Assembly (NCBI GenBank): GCA_963722795.1
Contig: CAVROD010000001.1
Span: 81,684-145,683 of the forward strand
From: an uncultured Actinomycetes bacterium
GTDB taxonomy: Bacteria > Actinomycetota > UBA4738 > HRBIN12
Direction of reading: 5' to 3'
Length of the DNA stretch: 64,000 nucleotides
The notes beneath the pieces are model-generated. The model was not told the origin of the DNA and did not search any database. It saw only the letters and a program-made list of their open reading frames with translations. The position numbers were made by a program, and so were the translations under genes. Shown here piece after piece: positions 8,907 through 17,842 of the stretch (the stretch's first letter is position 1; the number at the start of each line of letters is the position of its first letter).

Positions 8907-11515
8907 ATGCCCGCGGAGCTGCGCCGCGACGTGCGGCTGCTCAGCACCGTGCTGGGCGAGGCCATCGCCGAGAGCGGCGGCACCGACCTGCTCGAAGACG
9001 TGGAGTCGCTCCGACACGCCGCCATCGCCCTGCGGGGGCGGCCGAGCGAGGCGCGCCGGCAACGGGTGGTCGAGCTCGTGGCGTCGTTGGACATCGCGGG
9101 CGCCGAGCAGGTGATCAGGGCGTTCACCTGCTACTTCCAGCTCGTGAACCTGGCGGAGGAGCGCCAGCGCAAACGCGTGTTGCATGCCCGCACCCGCGCG
9201 GCGCGCCCGCTCGAGGGCTCGGTCGCGGCGCTCGGCGACGCGGCGACGCCGAGCGCGTTCGCGGATCTGCGCATCCGGCCCGTGCTCACCGCGCACCCCA
9301 CCGAGGCGAAGCGTCGCGCGGTGGTCGAGCACGTGTGGCGCATCGGCGACCTGCTCGAGCGCCTCGACGACGACCGCCTCGGCGCGCCGGAGGCCGAGGA
9401 GACGATGCGGCACCTGCGCGAGGAGATCACGGGCCTGTGGCTGACCGACCCGGTGCGCCACCACCGCCCGGAGCCGCTCGACGAGGTGCGCGCCACGCTC
9501 GCCCTGTTCGACGAGACGATCTTCACGACGTTGCCGCTCGTCTATCGCGAGGTCGACCGCGCCCTCGGCCTCGAGGGAAGCGGCGCCCGCGCGCCCGCGT
9601 TCCCGGCGTTCCTGCGATGGGGCACCTGGGTCGGCGGCGACCGTGACGGCAACCCGTCGGTCACGGCCGAGACGACGACGGCCGCATCGGCGATCGCTGC
9701 CGACCACGTGCTGCGCGGCCTCGAGAACGCGACCCGGCGCATCGCGCGCTCGCTCTCGGTGAGCGAGCGCGACGTGCCGCCCTCGACGGCGTTGCGCCGG
9801 GCGCTCGTTCGCGACGAGCGCGCGCTGCCCGGTCCGGCGCGCGAGCTCGGCCGCAAGCTGCCCGACGCGCCCCACCGGCGCAAGCTCGGACTGGCCGCCC
9901 ATCGGCTCGCGGCCACCCGCACCCGCTCGCGCGGCGCCTACGACGACGCCGCCGAGTTCGTGGCCGACCTCGACGTGCTGCAGCGCTCGCTCGACGCGGG
10001 CGGCGCGCCGAAGCTCGCGTGGGGCGAGCTGCAGCACCTGCGCTGGCAGGCGGAGACGTTCGGCTTCCACCTCGCGGAGATGGAGGTGCGACAGCACGCG
10101 GAGGTGCTCGACGCCGCCGTGCGGGAGCTGGCGCCGAAGGCCGCGGGCAACGCGCTCGCGCTCGACCGCCTGGCGCGGGCGAGAGAGGTCACGCCGTCCG
10201 GCCCCACGACCGCCGCGACCCGCGAGGTGCTCGCGACGTTCCGGGCGATCAGGGACATCCAGGACCGGCTCGGACCGGTCGCGTGCGGACGGGTCATCGT
10301 GAGCTTCACACGATCGGCCGCCGACCTCGCGGGCGTGCAGGCGCTCGCACGCCTCGCCTCCCCCGCCCGGCCGGCCGAAGTGCAACCGGTGCCCCTGCTC
10401 GAGTCTCGGCACGAGCTCGCGACCGCGACCACCATCCTTGACGCGTGGCTCGCGCTGCCCGGCACGAAACGGCTCCTGCGACGGCACCATCGCGAGCTGC
10501 AGGTGATGGTCGGCTACTCCGACTCCGCCAAGGAAGCCGGCGTGCTCGCCGCGAACCTCGAGCTGTACCGGGCGCAGCGCGCGATGGCCGCATGGGCGCG
10601 CGAGCACGACGTGCGCCTGACGATCTTCCACGGGCGCGGCGGGGCGCTCGGGCGCGGGCGGCGGCCCGGCCAGCCGGGCGATCCTCGGGCAGCCGCCGGG
10701 CTCGGTCGACGGACGGTTCGCCGTCACCGAGCAAGGTGAGATGGCCTTCGCCCGCTACGGCGACCCGGTGCTCGCGCGCCGGCATCTCGAGCAGCTCACG
10801 AGCGCGGTCGTGCGGGCGAGCGCCACCGGTGATGCGCCGGACCCCGCCGACCGCTTCGAGCGTGAGCTCGAGCTGATGGCTGAGGCTCCCGCATGCGATA
10901 CGAGCGCCTCGTGCACGGCGACGGGCTTCGTGCGGTTCTTCCGCAGGGTGACGCCGCTCTCGCAGATCTCGACGCCTGCCGATCGCCTCACGTCCGGTCG
11001 CACGCGGAGTCGGTCAGGCCGACGAGCTCGACGACCTTCGTGCGATCCCGTGGGTGTTCGCCTGGAGCCAGAGCCGCGTGAACCTGCCCGGGTGGTACGG
11101 CCTGGGGGCCGGGCTCGAGGCGGTCGCCGCCACGCGGGGCGGCCCCGCGACGCTGCGGGCGATGTTCCGCGACTGGCCGTTCTTCACCGCCCTGATCGAG
11201 AACGCGGAGTTGTCGCTCGCGAAGGCCGATCCCTCGATCGCCGAGCTGTACCTGGCGCGCGGTGGCCGCGACGACCTCGCCGGCGACATCCGCGAGGAGA
11301 TGGCGCGCACGCAGGAGCTGGTGCTCTCGGTCGCCGGGCACCCCCGGCTGCTCGATTGCCGCCCTGAGCTGCAGCAGGCGGTGGAGCTGCGCAACCCGTA
11401 CGTCGACGCGTTGTCGTTCCTGCAGCTGCGCTTCCTGGACGGCCGTGGGCGCGCGGAGCGACTCGTGCAGGCGACGGTGAACGGGGTCGCAGCTGGGCTG
11501 CGCAACACGGGATAG
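8907..11515 (+). pseudogene. ppc: phosphoenolpyruvate carboxylase; reading frame broken twice as sequenced
   Basis: Motifs VLTAHPTEAKRR, VMVGYSDSAKEAG, FHGRGG, RAIPWVFAWSQSR..LPGWYG and C-terminal GLRNTG. Frame 3 switches to frame 1 at the G run 10656-10658, and frame 1 to frame 2 near 10970. An alternative GTG start at 8850 overlaps the upstream stop. Confidence 0.9.
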
Positions 11516-11619
11516 CAGCTGGGCTGCGCAACACGGGATAGCAGCTGGGCTGCGCAACACGGGATAGCAGCTGGGCTGCGCAACACGGGATAGCAGCTGG
11601 GCTGCGCAACACGGGATAG
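11490..11619. repeat. perfect tandem repeat, 26 bp x 5, made of the last 26 nt of ppc including its TAG stop
   Basis: CAGCTGGGCTGCGCAACACGGGATAG is repeated head-to-tail at 11490, 11516, 11542, 11568 and 11594 with no mismatches. Each unit contains the small palindrome GCAGC-TGG-GCTGC. Confidence 0.95.
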
Positions 11620-11745
11620 CGGACCACAGGTCAGCAGCCCGACTATCGGCCCGCCTGGACCGTGTGCCATACTCGGCCCTTCCTTGAACCGGCGTTCAAG
11701 GTGCCACGCGGACCGCGGCTGCCCGCGGGAGGGAGGGTTCACCCC

Positions 11746-12886
11746 ATGACCGACCAGACGATGCCTGCGCTGGACCCGGGCGATCGGCTGCTCTGCGGCC
11801 CCGGGCCATCGAACGTGCACCCGGCGGTGCTCGAGGCGATGCGGCTTGCCGATGAACGGCCACCTCGACCCCGACTTCTGGGACATCCTGCTCGACCTCG
11901 TCGACGGCCTGCGCGCGCTGTGGCGGCGGCCCGAGGGCGGGCTCACGATCGCGCTCAGCTCGTCGGGCACGAGCGCCATGGAAGCCGGCTTCATGAACCT
12001 CGTCGACCCCGGCGACACCGTGATCAGCTGCCACTGGGGGTTCTTCGGCTCGCGGCTCAACGACTTCGCCCAGCGCGTCGGCGCGAACGTGGTCGAGCTC
12101 ACCGCGCGACTTCGGCCAGATCGTGAGCGTCGATCGCATCATGGAGACCGCTGGCCGCGAACCCCGATACGAAGATCGTGAGCGTCGTGCACGCCGAGAC
12201 CTCGACCGGGGCCGAGTTCCCGGTGCAGGAGCTCGCCGAGGCGATGCGCGCGAGCGGCTCCGACGCGCTGCTCTACGTCGACTGCGTGACCTCGCTCGGC
12301 GGCCAGCAGGTCGAGGCCGAGGCGTGGGGCATCGACTACGGCTACTCCTGCTCGCAGAAGGCGCTCGGGTGCCCTCCGGGCATCGCGCCGGTCACGATCA
12401 GCGAGCGCGCGGTCGCCGCGATGCAGCGGCCACCAGGGCGCCGGTGCCCTACTACTACGACTTCGAGGAGCTCTCGAAGTACTGGATCGACCGGCCGATC
12501 ACCTACCACCACACGATGCCGATCCTGCAGTACTACGCGCTGTACACGGGCATCCGGCTGGCCCTCGAGGAGGGCCTCGAGGCCCGGTGGGCGCGCAACG
12601 CCGACGCCGGCCGCTACTTCCAGGACGAGATGCGCTCGCGGGGCTACGAGCTGCTCGCCGACGCCGACCACCAGCTCGTGGAGCTCACCGCCGTGAAGGT
12701 GCCCGAGGGCATCGACGGCAAGGAGATCCAGGACGCGCATCCTGCGCGAGCACGGCATCGAGGTCGGCGGCGGGCTCGGTCCGAAGGCGCCGCCGATCTG
12801 GCGCGTCGGCCTGATGGGCGTGAACGCGCAACCGCGAGACCGCCGATCGCGTGCTCGCCGCGTTCGACGCGGTGCTTCCTCGCTGA
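11746..12886 (+). pseudogene. class V aminotransferase (serine--glyoxylate / alanine--glyoxylate type); at least 5 frame breaks as sequenced
   Basis: GGGAGG RBS then ATG 11746. Pieces found in three frames: LLCGPGPSNVHPAVLEAM, NGHLDPDFWDILLDLVDGLRALW, VVHAETSTGAEFPVQEL, DCVTSLGG, YSCSQKALGCPPG, YYYDFEELSKYW, GIEVGGGLGP, RVGLMGVNA, VLAAFDAVLPR-stop (TGA 12884-12886). Confidence 0.75.
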
Positions 12887-12911
12887 GTCGCGCCATGGCG
12901 AGGCGGCCACG

Positions 12912-13886
12912 ATGGACCGAGCGCGGCTGCACCGCAGCGAGCTGGCCGTGCCCGGCACGAACGTGCGCGCGATGGAGAAGGCGCCGACGCTCGGCGCCGA
13001 CGTGGTCTTCCTCGACCTCGAGGACGCCGTCGCGCCCGACGACAAGGAGCGGGCGCGCGCGAACGTCATCGAGGCGCTCGGCGCGCCACGACTGGTCGCG
13101 GCTGCGGCGGTCAGCGTGCGGGTCAACGGCCTCGACACGCACTGGTGCTACCGCGACATCGTCGACGTGGTGGAAGCGCGCGGCGACGTGCTCGACACCG
13201 TGCTCGTGCCCGAAGGTCGGCATCGCCGTCGCGACGTGGAGTTCGTCGCGACGCTGCTCGACCAGATCGAGCAGCGCAACGGCTGGGATGCGGGCCGCAT
13301 CGGCATCCACATCCTGATCGAGACCGCCGCGGGCATGGCCGAACGTCGAGGCGATCGCGCGCGCGCGGCCCGACCGGCTCGAGGCGATGGTGTTCGGGGT
13401 CGCCGACTACGCCGCGAGCGTGCAGGCGCGCACCACGAACATCGGCGGCGCCAACCCCGACTACTCGGTGCTCACCGACCCAGACCCGGCGAGCGGTGCA
13501 AGGAGCGCGCACTGGGGCGACCAGTGGCACTTCGGCATCTCGCGCATGGTCGCGGCGTGCCGCGCCCACGGCCTGCGGCCGATCGACGGGCCGTTCGGCG
13601 ACTACACCGACGCCGACGGCTACCGCAGCGCCGCCCGCCGCGCGGCGCCCTGGGGTGCGAGGGCAAGTGGGCGATCCACCCCTCGCAGGTCGACGCTGGC
13701 GAACGAGGTCTTCACGCCCTGCCGAGCACGAGGTGGACGCGCGCGGAACGCATCCTGCAGGCGATGGAGGAGGCGGCGAAGGACGGCAAGGGGGCGGTCT
13801 CGCTCGACGGCCGCCTGATCGACGCCGCGTCGATCCGCATGGCCGAGAACCTGATGCGCAAGGTCGAGCAGATGCGCGCCCGCTGA
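12912..13886 (+). pseudogene. HpcH/CitE-family aldolase-lyase, malyl-CoA lyase-like; several frame breaks as sequenced
   Basis: RSELAVPGTNVRAMEKAPTLGADVVFLDLEDAVAPDDKERAR, VRVNGLDTHW, LIETAAGMA, MVFGVADYAASV, GLRPIDGPFGDYTDADGY, GCEGKWAIHPSQV, KDGKGAVSLDGRLIDAASIRMA. These segments are spread over three frames. Confidence 0.7.
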
Positions 13887-13946
13887 CGGACGCACACGAC
13901 ACCCACGACGAGCGGGCTCCGCGTTCGGACGCCCGCGGAGGTGCAC

Positions 13947-15116
13947 ATGAACATCCACGAGTACCAGGCGAAATCGTTGCTCCGCCAGTACCGCGTCACC
14001 ACACCGCGGGGCGAGGTGGTCTACACCTCGAAGGCCGCGGCCCGCGTCGCCGAGGAGCTCGGCGGCCAGCGCTGGGTCGTGAAGGCCCAGATCCACGCGG
14101 GCGGCCGCGGCAAGGCGGGCGGCGTGAAGATCGGCAACTCCCCCGCGAAGATCGCCGAGATCGCCGACCAGATGCTCGGGTCCACGCTCGTCACGGCGCA
14201 GACGGGCCCCGAGGGCCAGCGCGTGAGCCGCGTGCTCGTGGAGCGCGCATCGCGCATCGAGCGTGAGTTCTACCTCTCCATGGTGGTCGACCGCGACTCG
14301 CAGCGCATCGTCGTGATCGCGAGCGCCGAGGGCGGGGTCGACATCGAGGAGGTCGCCGGCGCGACGCCCGACGCGATCCACAAGGAATACATCGACCCGG
14401 GCGTGGGGCTCGTCGACTTCCAGTGCCGCAAGGTCGCCACCGCGATCGGCCTCGGCAAGAAGACCACGTCGTTCACCCGTCTGTTGAAGCGCATGTACCG
14501 GCTGTTCCGCGACCTCGACTGCCTGATGCTCGAGGTGAACCCGTTCATCGAGACCGAGGACGGCGAGCTGGTCGCGCTCGACGCGAAGATGAGCTTCGAC
14601 GACAACGCGCTGTTCCGCCAGGGCGACGTCGTCGAGCTGCGCGACTTCGACGAGGAGGACCCCAAGGAGGTCGAGGCGACCGGGCACGGGCTCAACTACA
14701 TCGCGCTCGACGGCTCGGTCGGCTGCATCGTGAACGGCGCCGGGCTCGCGATGGGCACGATGGACGCGATCGTGCATCACGGCGGGCGGCCCGCGAACTT
14801 CCTCGACGTGGGCGGTGGCGCGAGCCCCGAGAAGATCGCGAACGCCTTCCGCATCGTGCTGCAGGACCCGAACGTGCGCGCGATCCTCGTGAACATCTTC
14901 GCCGGCATCAACCGTTGCGACTGGATCGCGACCGGTGTCGTGCAGGCGACCCGGGATCAGGAGATCGGCGTGCCGGTGATCGTGCGCCTGGCCGGCACGA
15001 ACGTGGAGGAAGGCCGCGCGATCCTCGACGAGAGCGGCCTCGAGCTGATCCAGGCCGTGGACCTCGACGACGCGGCCGCGAAGGCCGTGCTGGCGGCGGA
15101 AGGGGTGCCGGCATGA
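13947..15116 (+). CDS. ADP-forming CoA ligase beta subunit, malate thiokinase (MtkA)-like / SucC family
   Basis: GGAGG RBS then ATG 13947 (MNIHEYQAKSLL). ATP-grasp motifs KAQIHAGGRGKAGGVK, LDAKMSFDDNALFR, NGAGLAMGTMD and NIFAGINRCDW. The malate-thiokinase call rests on the neighbouring lyase, aminotransferase and ppc genes. Confidence 0.8.
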   Translation: MNIHEYQAKSLLRQYRVTTPRGEVVYTSKAAARVAEELGGQRWVVKAQIHAGGRGKAGGVKIGNSPAKIAEIADQMLGSTLVTAQTGPEGQRVSRVLVERASRIEREFYLSMVVDRDSQRIVVIASAEGGVDIEEVAGATPDAIHKEYIDPGVGLVDFQCRKVATAIGLGKKTTSFTRLLKRMYRLFRDLDCLMLEVNPFIETEDGELVALDAKMSFDDNALFRQGDVVELRDFDEEDPKEVEATGHGLNYIALDGSVGCIVNGAGLAMGTMDAIVHHGGRPANFLDVGGGASPEKIANAFRIVLQDPNVRAILVNIFAGINRCDWIATGVVQATRDQEIGVPVIVRLAGTNVEEGRAILDESGLELIQAVDLDDAAAKAVLAAEGVPA

Positions 15117-16015
15117 GCGTCTTCGTCGACAAGGACTCGAAGGTCATCATCCAGGGGTTCACGGGCCAGCACGCGACGTTCCACGCCGAGGAGGCGATGG
15201 CGACCGGCACGAAGGTCGTCGGGGGCGTCACCCCCGGCAAGGGCGGCTCGACGCACCTGGGCCTGCCCGTGTTCAACAGCGTCGCGGAAGCCGTCGAGGA
15301 GACCGGCGCCGACGTGAGCGGCATCTTCGTGCCCCCCGCGGTCGCGACCGACTCCCTGCTGGAGGCCGTCGACGCGGGGGTCGACGTGGCGGTGATCATC
15401 GCCGACGGCGTGCCGGTGCAGGACATGGTGCGCACGAAGCGCTACCTCGCCGGGCGCTCGACCCGCATCATCGGCCCGAACTCCCCCGGCATCATCACGC
15501 CCGGCGAGTGCAAGGTCGGCATCATGCCGAGCCACATCTACATGAAGGGCCGGGTCGGCGTGGTGTCGCGCTCGGGCACGCTGAACTACGAGGCCGTCTC
15601 GCAGATGACCGCGCTCGGCCTCGGCCAGTCGACGTGCGTCGGCATCGGCGGCGACCCGGTGAATGGCACCGACTTCAAGACCGTGCTGCAGGCGTTCGAG
15701 GGCGACGACGACACCGACGTGGTCGTGATGATCGGCGAGATCGGCGGCCAGCAGGAGGTCGAGGCCGCGTCGTGGGCCGCCCAGTACATGTCGAAGCCGC
15801 TCGTGGCGTTCATCGCCGGCGTGTCGGCGCCGCGCGGGCGCCGCATGGGCCACGCGGGTGCGGTGATCGCGGGCGAGTCCGACACCGCGACCGCCAAGCT
15901 CGACGCGATCGAGGCGCTGGGCCATCGCGTCGTGCGCAACCCCGCCGACATCGGCGACACGGTGCTCCGAGCCGTCAAGGAGACGGGGGAACGGGCAGGG
16001 ACCGGCGCGTCGTAG
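15113..16015 (+). CDS. CoA ligase alpha subunit, malate thiokinase (MtkB)-like / SucD family
   Basis: ATG 15113 overlaps the upstream TGA (ATGA). Motifs VIIQGFTGQHATFHAEEA, GGVTPGKGG, GVVSRSGTLNYE, and MGHAGAVI (phosphohistidine loop). Confidence 0.8.
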   Translation: MSVFVDKDSKVIIQGFTGQHATFHAEEAMATGTKVVGGVTPGKGGSTHLGLPVFNSVAEAVEETGADVSGIFVPPAVATDSLLEAVDAGVDVAVIIADGVPVQDMVRTKRYLAGRSTRIIGPNSPGIITPGECKVGIMPSHIYMKGRVGVVSRSGTLNYEAVSQMTALGLGQSTCVGIGGDPVNGTDFKTVLQAFEGDDDTDVVVMIGEIGGQQEVEAASWAAQYMSKPLVAFIAGVSAPRGRRMGHAGAVIAGESDTATAKLDAIEALGHRVVRNPADIGDTVLRAVKETGERAGTGAS

Positions 16016-16200
16016 TCGTCAGCCGCAGGAACGCGACTCGCTCACGATGGAGCCGCCCGGCTGCTCGACGACGGTCACGAGACCGGCCCGCTCGCCGCCT
16101 CGAAACACCGCGTGCGCATGCCCCCGTTCCTCGATCACGTCACGGTCCGGACTCTAGGTCGTCGTCGGGCGGTTCTCGTTGCACAGGTAGGGTGACAAGC

Positions 16201-17277
16201 ATGGCGGATCCGTCGACCACCATCTCGGTGCAAGGACGTGACATCAAGGTCACGAGCCCCGACAAGATCTACTTCCCCGACGCCGATGGCGGACCGATCA
16301 CGAAGCTCGAGGTCGTGGAGTACTGGGTCGCCGTGGCCGAGGCCGCGCTCAACGGGTGTCGCGATCGCCCGGCCATCCTGCACCGATTCCCCGGCGGGGT
16401 GACCGGCGAGGACACCGAGCCCTTCTATCAGAAGCGCATCCCCAAGGGGGCGCCCGATTGGGTGCGCACGGCGACGGTGAAGTTCCCGAGCGGACGCACC
16501 GCGTCGATGCCGGTGATGCACGACGAGGCCGCGCTCGTGTGGGCGGCCACGCTCGGCTGCCTCGAGTGCAACCCGTGGCCCGTGCGCGCCGACGATGTCG
16601 ACCACCCCGACGAGCTGCGCGTCGATCTCGACCCCACGCCGGGCGTGCCGTGGGACGACGTGCGCCGGGTCGCCCTGATGGCGCGCGACGTGCTGGCCGA
16701 GCACGGGCTCACGGGCTTCCCGAAGACCAGCGGCAAGCGCGGCATCCACGTGAACGCCCGCGTCGAGCGTGGCAACGGGTTCACGAACACCCGCCGCGCG
16801 GCGCTGGCGTTCGCTCGCGAGGTCGAGCGGCGCATGCCGGGCGTCGCCACGACGGCCTGGTGGAAGGAGGAGCGCACGGGCGTGTTCCTCGACTACAACC
16901 AGAACGCCCGCGATCGCACGGTGGCGAGCGCCTACTCGATCAGGCCGATGCCCGACGCACGCGTGTCGACGCCGCTCACGTGGGACGAGGTCGCCGACGT
17001 CGAGCCCGAGCGGTTCACCGTGCGCACCGTGCCCGAGCGCCTGCGCACGATCGGCGACCCCGGCGCCGGCATCGACGAGCACGCCGGCACCCTCGACCCG
17101 CTGCTCGAGCTCGCGGCGAAGGACGCCGAGGGCGGTCTCGGCGACGCCCCGTGGCCGCCCCACTTCCCGAAGGGGGACGACGAGCCGCTGCGCGTGAACC
17201 CCTCCCGCGCGAAGAAGGTCGCCGAGTGGGAAGCCATGAGGGCAGACGGCACCGGGAAGCCGCGCGGCAGTCGCTGA
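16201..17277 (+). CDS. LigD-type primase-polymerase domain protein (stand-alone NHEJ PolDom)
   Basis: ATG 16201. Motifs KIYFPDADGGPITKLEVVEYW, HRFPGG, ELRVDLDP, FPKTSGKRGIHV and VFLDYNQNARDRTVASAYSIRP. Confidence 0.85.
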   Translation: MADPSTTISVQGRDIKVTSPDKIYFPDADGGPITKLEVVEYWVAVAEAALNGCRDRPAILHRFPGGVTGEDTEPFYQKRIPKGAPDWVRTATVKFPSGRTASMPVMHDEAALVWAATLGCLECNPWPVRADDVDHPDELRVDLDPTPGVPWDDVRRVALMARDVLAEHGLTGFPKTSGKRGIHVNARVERGNGFTNTRRAALAFAREVERRMPGVATTAWWKEERTGVFLDYNQNARDRTVASAYSIRPMPDARVSTPLTWDEVADVEPERFTVRTVPERLRTIGDPGAGIDEHAGTLDPLLELAAKDAEGGLGDAPWPPHFPKGDDEPLRVNPSRAKKVAEWEAMRADGTGKPRGSR

Positions 17278-17368
17278 CCGTGGCGCTGACCTTGGTTTGG
17301 GCCCTCGGTGGCCGGGGAACCGTGGCTGCGACCCCGCGCAACCGGCGCGGCCGACACGAGGGGGATCC

Positions 17369-17818
17369 GTGGACGCGTTGAAGCTGCTGAAGCAGGACCA
17401 CGACGAGGTCAAGAAGATGCTGTCGGACCTCGAGAGCACCACCGAGCGGGCCGAGAAGACCCGCACCGAGGGCCTCGCCACGCTGAAGTCCGAGCTCGAG
17501 GTGCACGAGACGATCGAGGAGGAGATCTTCTACCCGGCGCTCAAGGAGCATCCCAAGACGAAGGACCTCGCGCTCGAGGGCTACGAGGAGCACCACGTCG
17601 TCGACATGGTGATGGGCGAGCTCGAGGGCGTCGACGTGAGCGACGAGACCTGGATGGCCAAATTCGCGGTCATGAAGGAGAACCTCGAGCATCACATCGA
17701 GGAAGAGGAAGGCGAGATGTTCCCGAAGGCCGAGCAGGTCTTCACCGACGGCGAGCTCGGGGAGCTGGGCGATCGCATGCAGGCTCGGAAGGAAGAGCTG
17801 AAGGCATCGCGGAGCTGA
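17369..17818 (+). CDS. hemerythrin HHE cation-binding domain protein
   Basis: GAGGGGG RBS then GTG 17369 (VDALKLLKQDHDEVKKM). Repeated His/Glu motifs HETIEEEIFYP, EEHHVVD and EHHIEEEEGEMFP. Confidence 0.8.
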   Translation: MDALKLLKQDHDEVKKMLSDLESTTERAEKTRTEGLATLKSELEVHETIEEEIFYPALKEHPKTKDLALEGYEEHHVVDMVMGELEGVDVSDETWMAKFAVMKENLEHHIEEEEGEMFPKAEQVFTDGELGELGDRMQARKEELKASRS

Positions 17819-17842
17819 GGCCTTCGGCTAGTCTCGTCCAGA

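Noticed and set aside
8394-10727. 777-aa ORF antisense to ppc, and similar very long ORFs (44567..47782 minus, 38071..39810 plus, 17885..20275 plus, 52742..54391 minus, 4393..6036 plus)
   Set aside because: Their translations are Arg/Ala/Gly/Pro-rich low-complexity sequence with no recognisable motifs. Each lies opposite or out of frame to a gene with clear family signatures. Such stop-free shadow frames are expected at about 70% GC.
10650-10980. Programmed ribosomal frameshifting as the explanation for the broken ppc, typA and other genes
   Set aside because: There are too many events (over 30) in unrelated genes and in both directions, with no slippery heptamers or shared context. The reconstructed sites are extra G bases in G runs, which is typical of sequencing error.
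11490-11619. Possible CRISPR array (five identical 26-bp repeats)
   Set aside because: The copies are directly adjacent with no spacers. The unit is simply the 3' end of ppc, and no cas genes are present. It is a tandem repeat, not a CRISPR array.
12118-12187. 15-nt direct repeat AGATCGTGAGCGTCG (12118-12132 and 12173-12187) inside the aminotransferase gene, considered as a duplication or insertion scar
   Set aside because: Both copies encode IVSV within segments that match the expected aminotransferase sequence (..GQIVSVDRIMET.. and ..KIVSVVHAETSTG). The intervening residues are needed, so this is a coincidental coding repeat.
13947-16015. Calling these two genes the housekeeping succinyl-CoA synthetase sucCD
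   Set aside because: This is not fully rejected, but it is disfavoured. The genes sit directly after the malyl-CoA-lyase-like, glyoxylate aminotransferase and ppc genes. The beta subunit has LDAKMSFDDNALFR and FAGINRCDW motifs that I associate with malate thiokinase. A phylogeny and a check for a second sucCD copy are needed.
16019-16138. 39-codon minus-strand ORF (VIEERGHAHAVFRGGERAGLVTVVEQPGGSIVSESRSCG) in the spacer between the ligase alpha-subunit gene and the LigD polymerase gene
   Set aside because: It has a coding-like GC3 bias, but there is no RBS, no recognisable motif and only a GTG start directly after a stop. It may be a remnant of a lost gene. The evidence is insufficient to call it.
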